In this document: one piece after another, positions 58,730 to 64,000 of the stretch
Numbering within the stretch: position 1 is the stretch's first letter
Layout of the letters: each line of letters begins with the position of its first letter
Source: Bacteroidia bacterium
GTDB lineage: Bacteria > Bacteroidota > Bacteroidia > NS11-12g > UBA9320
Assembly (NCBI GenBank): GCA_965216465.1
Contig: CBDCFW010000005.1
Coordinates: forward strand, 256,001-320,000
Direction: 5' to 3'
Length of the DNA stretch: 64,000 bases
Translations under genes and position numbers: made by a program
The notes under the pieces: generated by a model
Databases searched by the model: none
Told to the model about the DNA's origin: nothing
What the model saw: only the letters and a program-made list of their open reading frames with translations

Positions 58730-61171
58730 ATGCAATTACGTTATTTCTGTATAGCAGTCTTGATAGCGGCTGTTTTTACCTCCAATGCTCAAACCACGTA
58801 TGATGCAAGCCTAGACTCATTAGGTTTCGAATATCAAGAGTATCCCCTTATTCCTCTTACACAAATCGACCCGTTTGATTTTCACGCCAAAGTGAAAAGT
58901 ATAGGCAGTGGGGATGTGACCAACACTAAGGTATATGTTAGCGGAAGCTATAGCGATTCGGTCGTTTTAGGTGATATTGCTTATGGCAACAGCTCGTCGG
59001 GTAACACTACATCTTCATACTCGCCTTCTACAATTGGAAACAAGTCTTTTTATATCAACACTGTCATCAATGAATCGGATATCGACCTTACAAATAATGT
59101 AGACACCATTGGCTTGGAAATAACTCAGAGAACGATGGCACGTGAATACAATGCGGTGACAGGAGGAATTGGCTATAATGGAAGTTCTGGACCCGTAGGA
59201 AATCGATTTAAGATAAAAGGTGATACGGTTACATCTGTCTCGTTTTACATATTTAATCCACCTGCTGGCGATTCTGTAAAAGTTCACATTCACAACTATA
59301 GTAATGGAGTTGGTACGTTGGTTCAAAGCTCGGACCATGTAGTACTTTCTGCAAGTCAGAACTGGTATACTTTACCGCTTAAATGCCCTGCTATTCTTAG
59401 CGACGGTGAATATTTAGTATCTGTTGACCAATTGGTAGTAGGTTCAAACATGAGCTTAGGTTATACTCTCGACTTTTATACCGATTCTTCTGCTTTTTAT
59501 AATGGCGGAGGTGCAGGTTGGAATACGCTCGAAAGTGCTGGATTTGAAGGCACCTTGTTGATACGTGTGAATTTTGGCTCAATAGAAGCGTCTATAAACG
59601 CATCAGCCGATACAATTTGCGAAGGACAATCAGCAGACTTAGAAGCATTTGGTGGTAAGTCATGGACTTGGTCGCCTGCTGGAAGCTTGTCTTCTAGTTC
59701 AGACAAAGTTGTGACAGCTAGTCCGACGACTACAACAAAGTACTACCTTACATCAGACTATGGTTGCTCAAATGTTGCATACGACAGCTTTACTTTAATA
59801 GTTGAAAAAAATCCGACCGGTACGATATCAAGCGATACAACAATCTGTATTGGCGGCACTGCTTCATTGAAGGCAAGTGGTGGCTCTTCATACAAATGGG
59901 GAGGCGGCCCAGCAAATGGCAATTGGAACGTATCACCAAAAGAAACCAAGTTTTATACCGTTACGATAGACAGCACTAATGGTTGCAATACAGAACTAGG
60001 AACTTTTGTTGCAGTGAGTGTTCCAGAAGTTATAGCTTATAAAGACACCATGGTTTGTGCAGGAACCTCTGTTCAGTTTACTGCTGATCGTGCTTCTACC
60101 TACCAATGGGAGGATGGCCCAGCTACATCATCATACAACTATACCGTGAATGGTAAAGATACCTTGGTAGTGTTCGGATATAATCATTTGGGATGTGAAG
60201 CCTCCGATTCAGTATTCTTAGACATTTTGCCATCTCCAAGTGTAGTGCCAATGACCGACACTGGAGCCTGCTTTGCACAATATGTGCATGTAAAAACTCA
60301 ATCGGTTGCTGATGAATATGAATGGAGTAACGGTTCAGATTCTTCATCAGCAGTCATTCATGTACTGCTTAGTAAAAATTACATCCTAAAGCTGACTACC
60401 AATAATGGCTGCTCAGCTTACGATACTGTTTTTGTTGAACGTTATCTTCCTCCAGCAGGATCAATTGACCCTGATACAACAATCTGCTTAAACGAATCGT
60501 TGACCATTTCAGCTTATGGGGGTGCAACCTATGAATGGGATAACGGTGAAACCACTCCGGCGATTACAGTATCTCCAGAAGAAGAAACCACCTATAACGT
60601 GACCATTTATAGCGATAAAGGCTGCACTGATTTTGACGATATTACCGTATCAATAGATCCATTAGCGGAACCAGCATTTAAAGTAAACACATTTAAAGAT
60701 TCTGTGGTGTTCACCAATCAATCTCAAGTAGCAGATAGCTTCCATTGGGATTTTGGAGACGGAAACACTTCAACCGAAGAGAATCCTTACAACATTTACG
60801 ACACTTCGGGTAGTTATACAGTAACGCTTACGGCATTTAACAATTGTGGAGGGGTGGACAGTAGTTTCACCATCAATGTTGTTGTTCCTCAATCTGGATC
60901 GGTTACAGAAAACAGTCAGTTTATTAACTTCAAGGTTTACCCAATACCAACACACGAGTCTGTTAAATACAGCCTTTCAAACCAACTATTCGGAGATTAC
61001 AACATAGAAGTTCAAGACATTTCAGGCCGAACCATTTTCAAGGAGCAAGGATATAAATCTTCTAATGAGTTAAATGGAACCATCAACTTGAGCGAGTATG
61101 CAAATGGGGTCTATATACTAAAAGTACAAATTGGTGAATCAGCCTCATCAAAACGACTAATCAAAAACTAA
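58730..61171 (+). CDS. T9SS cargo with Ig-like repeats, PKD domain and type A CTD
   Basis: Signal peptide; repeated DTTIC...GGxxYxW; WDFGDG; VYPIPT...NGVYILK. Confidence 0.88.
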   Translation: MQLRYFCIAVLIAAVFTSNAQTTYDASLDSLGFEYQEYPLIPLTQIDPFDFHAKVKSIGSGDVTNTKVYVSGSYSDSVVLGDIAYGNSSSGNTTSSYSPSTIGNKSFYINTVINESDIDLTNNVDTIGLEITQRTMAREYNAVTGGIGYNGSSGPVGNRFKIKGDTVTSVSFYIFNPPAGDSVKVHIHNYSNGVGTLVQSSDHVVLSASQNWYTLPLKCPAILSDGEYLVSVDQLVVGSNMSLGYTLDFYTDSSAFYNGGGAGWNTLESAGFEGTLLIRVNFGSIEASINASADTICEGQSADLEAFGGKSWTWSPAGSLSSSSDKVVTASPTTTTKYYLTSDYGCSNVAYDSFTLIVEKNPTGTISSDTTICIGGTASLKASGGSSYKWGGGPANGNWNVSPKETKFYTVTIDSTNGCNTELGTFVAVSVPEVIAYKDTMVCAGTSVQFTADRASTYQWEDGPATSSYNYTVNGKDTLVVFGYNHLGCEASDSVFLDILPSPSVVPMTDTGACFAQYVHVKTQSVADEYEWSNGSDSSSAVIHVLLSKNYILKLTTNNGCSAYDTVFVERYLPPAGSIDPDTTICLNESLTISAYGGATYEWDNGETTPAITVSPEEETTYNVTIYSDKGCTDFDDITVSIDPLAEPAFKVNTFKDSVVFTNQSQVADSFHWDFGDGNTSTEENPYNIYDTSGSYTVTLTAFNNCGGVDSSFTINVVVPQSGSVTENSQFINFKVYPIPTHESVKYSLSNQLFGDYNIEVQDISGRTIFKEQGYKSSNELNGTINLSEYANGVYILKVQIGESASSKRLIKN

Positions 61172-61195
61172 GTTTACGCTAGTATTCTATAAGGG

Positions 61196-61225
61196 GTCCG
61201 GTGGTTAACCACCGGGCTTTTTTTT
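61196..61225 (+). terminator. Intrinsic terminator overlapping the 3' end of the convergent gene
   Basis: GTCCGGTGG-ttaa-CCACCGGGC followed by a T run. Confidence 0.85.
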
Positions 61226-61831
61226 ATAAATTATTAGCTCGGCAATTAGCAAATTGAGCACCCAGCCCAACCATGCCACTATACGATAAGTATCCATCGG
61301 TAAGGGGTCCCATATAAAAACAATCACAAATTTCCAGAGTCTTAAGGTTATTGCAGACAAGGTCAGGGCATAACTTCTTATCATAAAATTTCTGTGCTTG
61401 TTCCATTGCTTTTTTAAGGCATAATACAATGCCATTAATGTAAAAGCTATCCATAATATGGCTAGCAACACAAAAGCGGTTTGGCTGGTCCAACCTCCAT
61501 TCGCGTGAACGCCCAATACAAACCCAGACGGACCCGCCATAAGCAGCACTACTGTAATATACAGATAGCCTAAGTAGCGGTGTACTTTACGAAATCTAGC
61601 TCTCAGCTTTGAGTTAAACTGCGTAAACCCAGCTAAAAGCACAAAGAACGAGGTAAACACATGAAGTTTGAAAAAAGGAATGTAATAGGGTATCTTAACC
61701 TCTTCCGATTTAATTCTTAAAAATGCGGCATCAATTTCAAAAGGTATGTACTGTATTGATATGAGCAACAGCAAATAGGAAAAATAGGCTAGTGCTCCAA
61801 GCAGAAAAAAACCTAAAATCTTTTTAGACAT
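61205..61831 (-). CDS. DUF2306 family membrane protein
   Basis: HRYLGYLY, HRNFMIRSYAL, TLRLW, WLGWV. Confidence 0.88.
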   Translation of the reverse strand: MSKKILGFFLLGALAYFSYLLLLISIQYIPFEIDAAFLRIKSEEVKIPYYIPFFKLHVFTSFFVLLAGFTQFNSKLRARFRKVHRYLGYLYITVVLLMAGPSGFVLGVHANGGWTSQTAFVLLAILWIAFTLMALYYALKKQWNKHRNFMIRSYALTLSAITLRLWKFVIVFIWDPLPMDTYRIVAWLGWVLNLLIAELIIYKKKPGG

Positions 61832-62868
61832 TAGCGTCCGTAATAATCATAATATTCTTCAGCATGCTCCTCATATGCAAGAAGCAGCTGAATATTGGCC
61901 TTCTCGAGGTCAGTTAGCTCAGATCGGATATCTGCAATTACAGGCATATACCACTCCTGTGAATCAAAATAACGACGTAAGAGTTTGTCTTTAAATGAGT
62001 ATCCATGCCGAGCGTAAATTGAATTTCTCAAAACAAAGATGTCTGCCTTTGAAAGGTTTTCAACGAATGAAACAGTCATTGTGTCAACACTTGGATTCAT
62101 TTCAAAAAGCATTGGAGAGGTAGAATAATACTCTTCACTGTACATGTTCATTTCCTCGATAATAATATTTTTATATTTCAACTCTTTAGCTTCATCCCAG
62201 TCCATAGTATCTTCTACTCCTAGAAAATCGAATGCAGCATTTCTAACCGACCCAAAATGAGCTAAAATACTGTCTTCAGTATACTCGTCAGGCACGACCA
62301 CTTTATTTTCATCGAAGTATGGGTAGTTTAAAGAATCCAAAGCATTGTACTCAAATAATCGCTTTTCAAGGGAATAACTTCGTTTGTATACAGGAATATC
62401 TCCAAAGGCTTCCCATTCTCCTTTGATTATAGAATCTTTTTTGCCAACCTTAAAGGTAAACTTGCCATCGTGAGCTCCATTACCCGGCTCAGAACATTCA
62501 AAATGATAAATGTCAAACTCATCCAATTCAACCGTACCTTTAAATGTGGTGTAGTTATTTGCAATCACACTATGACCAAAAACGGAATCGTTTACGAATG
62601 AATCAATTGAAACATTTATCTTATTTCGATGACTCATTTCTCCCCAAACAAACTCATCATCTGGAATAGCTGATTTAAACCAACCAACCCAATACCCTAT
62701 TAAGTCTATACGTTCATCAATTACAAGATTTTCTGTAAATTCAGGCACATATTCTTTAACAATGTTAGTGGTATCGGAAAGAGGTACTTCTTTTTCTTTG
62801 GTCTCTCCTTTTATTGCAGACGAGCATGAAGCCAAAACAAAAATGGCCAATGGGAATAGGATTTTCAT
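61831..62868 (-). CDS. YARHG domain lipoprotein
   Basis: Lipobox LASC; LRNSIYARHGYSF...YF...WY. Confidence 0.92.
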   Translation of the reverse strand: MKILFPLAIFVLASCSSAIKGETKEKEVPLSDTTNIVKEYVPEFTENLVIDERIDLIGYWVGWFKSAIPDDEFVWGEMSHRNKINVSIDSFVNDSVFGHSVIANNYTTFKGTVELDEFDIYHFECSEPGNGAHDGKFTFKVGKKDSIIKGEWEAFGDIPVYKRSYSLEKRLFEYNALDSLNYPYFDENKVVVPDEYTEDSILAHFGSVRNAAFDFLGVEDTMDWDEAKELKYKNIIIEEMNMYSEEYYSTSPMLFEMNPSVDTMTVSFVENLSKADIFVLRNSIYARHGYSFKDKLLRRYFDSQEWYMPVIADIRSELTDLEKANIQLLLAYEEHAEEYYDYYGR

Positions 62869-62899
62869 AGTTACGAATATAACGAAACTACTATTGGTG

Positions 62900-63505
62900 T
62901 TATTTCACCAACTTGGCCACATACTTTCCTAGTACATCCAATTCAATGTTCACTTTTGTTCCTTCAACAAATTTGTGAAAATTGGTATGCTCGAAAGTAT
63001 AAGGAATAATAGATACACCAAATTCTGTGTCTTTTATGTGCGTAACCGTTAAGCTGGTACCATTAATGGTAATTGACCCTTTGTGAATTATCAGATTTTC
63101 AGGTTGTTGCCCTCCTATTGAAGAGAAATCGTCTTCAAGCTTGAACCTAAAATTCCAACTTCCATCTCTATTCTCAACACTCAATACTCTTGCAGTTCCG
63201 TCAACATGTCCTTGAACGATGTGACCATCCAGACGATCCGCAAGTCTTATGCAACGCTCAAAATTGACTACATCTCCAACATTAAGCTCACCAAGATTGG
63301 TTAAACGCAACGTCTCTTCAATAGCAGTTACTTTATACTTTTCTCCTTCCAGTTCTGTTACGGTTAAACAAACGCCGTTATGGGCTATACTCTGATCGAT
63401 CTTTAACTCGCTTGTTATAGCACAACTAAAAGTAAAATGCACATTAGTTCCGTCATGCTCAATGTTGGTAACCTTTGCTAACCGTTCTATAATTCCTGAA
63501 AACAT
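62900..63505 (-). CDS. ribE: Riboflavin synthase (alpha chain)
   Basis: MFSGII, SIAHNGVCLT, GHIVQGHVD, NIELD; -7 box at 63522-63529. Confidence 0.96.
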   Translation of the reverse strand: MFSGIIERLAKVTNIEHDGTNVHFTFSCAITSELKIDQSIAHNGVCLTVTELEGEKYKVTAIEETLRLTNLGELNVGDVVNFERCIRLADRLDGHIVQGHVDGTARVLSVENRDGSWNFRFKLEDDFSSIGGQQPENLIIHKGSITINGTSLTVTHIKDTEFGVSIIPYTFEHTNFHKFVEGTKVNIELDVLGKYVAKLVK

Positions 63506-63534
63506 AATTCAATAGGTTTTGCAAAGTTAATTGC

Positions 63535-63570
63535 AAAAAAAATCTCCTACTTCTAAAGCAGGAGATTTTT
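63535..63570 (-). terminator. Intrinsic terminator downstream of sdhB and the sORF
   Basis: Minus strand AAAAATCTCCTGCTT-tag-AAGTAGGAGATTTTTTTT. Confidence 0.85.
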
Positions 63571-63591
63571 ATAATTCTTATTTAAAAAATC

Positions 63592-63669
63592 TTAAATGAC
63601 TTCGTTAGTCCATTTAAAGTTTTTAAGTCTTGTAAGAAAAAATCTAATTTGTTTAATTTTTTGTGACAT
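63592..63669 (-). CDS. Candidate 25-aa cationic small protein MSQKIKQIRFFLTRLKNFKWTNEVI (or sRNA)
   Basis: ATG at 63669, TAA at 63592, own TAATTTTG box at 63696-63703, terminator directly downstream. Confidence 0.4.
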   Translation of the reverse strand: MSQKIKQIRFFLTRLKNFKWTNEVI

Positions 63670-63733
63670 AAGCGTTGTAGTTTAAAAATTCATACCAAAA
63701 TTAAACATAAAATCTGATATTTCCTAATTTGAC

Positions 63734-64000
63734 CTACTTAATGAGGCTTGATTTTAGGAACTCACGATTCATTCTTGCGATGTTTTCTAAAGAAATTCCT
63801 TTAGGACATTCAATCTCACAAGCGCCTGTGTTTGTGCAGTTTCCGAATCCTTCAGCATCCATTTGAGCAACCATATTCTGAGCTCTTTCTTTAGCTTCAA
63901 CTTGTCCTTGAGGCAAAAGTGCATACTGCGAGATCTTTGCTCCTACGAATAACATTGCACTACTGTTTTTACAGGTTGCAACACATGCTCCACACCCAAT
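63734..64000 (-). CDS. sdhB: Succinate dehydrogenase/fumarate reductase Fe-S subunit, 3' part
   Basis: [10 protein letters not shown] at the window edge; [16 protein letters not shown]. Confidence 0.95.
   Translation of the reverse strand: MGCGACVATCKNSSAMLFVGAKISQYALLPQGQVEAKERAQNMVAQMDAEGFGNCTNTGACEIECPKGISLENIARMNREFLKSSLIK

Noticed and set aside
63506-63733. FMN riboswitch upstream of riboflavin synthase
   Set aside because: No RFN consensus; a -7 box lies only 16 nt from the start codon.

Overview
AT-rich, very compact chromosomal segment from a Bacteroidota bacterium. The assignment rests on TAnnTTTG -7 promoter boxes, no obvious Shine-Dalgarno sites, T9SS cargo plus porQ, and the porQ-cmk and AAA+-lptE-TPR-secG-groESL gene orders. 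I see no rRNA, tRNA, CRISPR, prophage or IS element. Core genes: porQ, cmk, phoH, a complete alternative complex III operon (actABCDEF), a DEAD-box helicase, cysH, groESL, secG, lptE, sppA, purB, dnaE, recG, riboflavin synthase and the 3' part of sdhB. Accessory genes: five T9SS cargo proteins, two ECF sigma/anti-sigma pairs, a tandem TetR pair and an Rrf2 regulator. Strongest leads: (1) a multicopper oxidase whose copper ligands are split complementarily over two coupled genes, only one with a T9SS signal; (2) a sigma-54-like groESL promoter whose upstream palindrome TGCCA-N3-TGGCA recurs on the promoter of the neighbouring sensor-less AAA+ activator; (3) an ECF promoter motif TGTAACC-N14-GTnGTY found three times, tying sppA to an ECF locus; (4) a dual-membrane-spanning-type anti-sigma; (5) an unannotated promoter-sORF/hairpin-terminator unit behind sdhB; (6) ActA lacking its monoheme domain with no oxidase genes following; (7) many apparently leaderless transcripts. 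All family calls come from motif recognition by eye; no database search was run.
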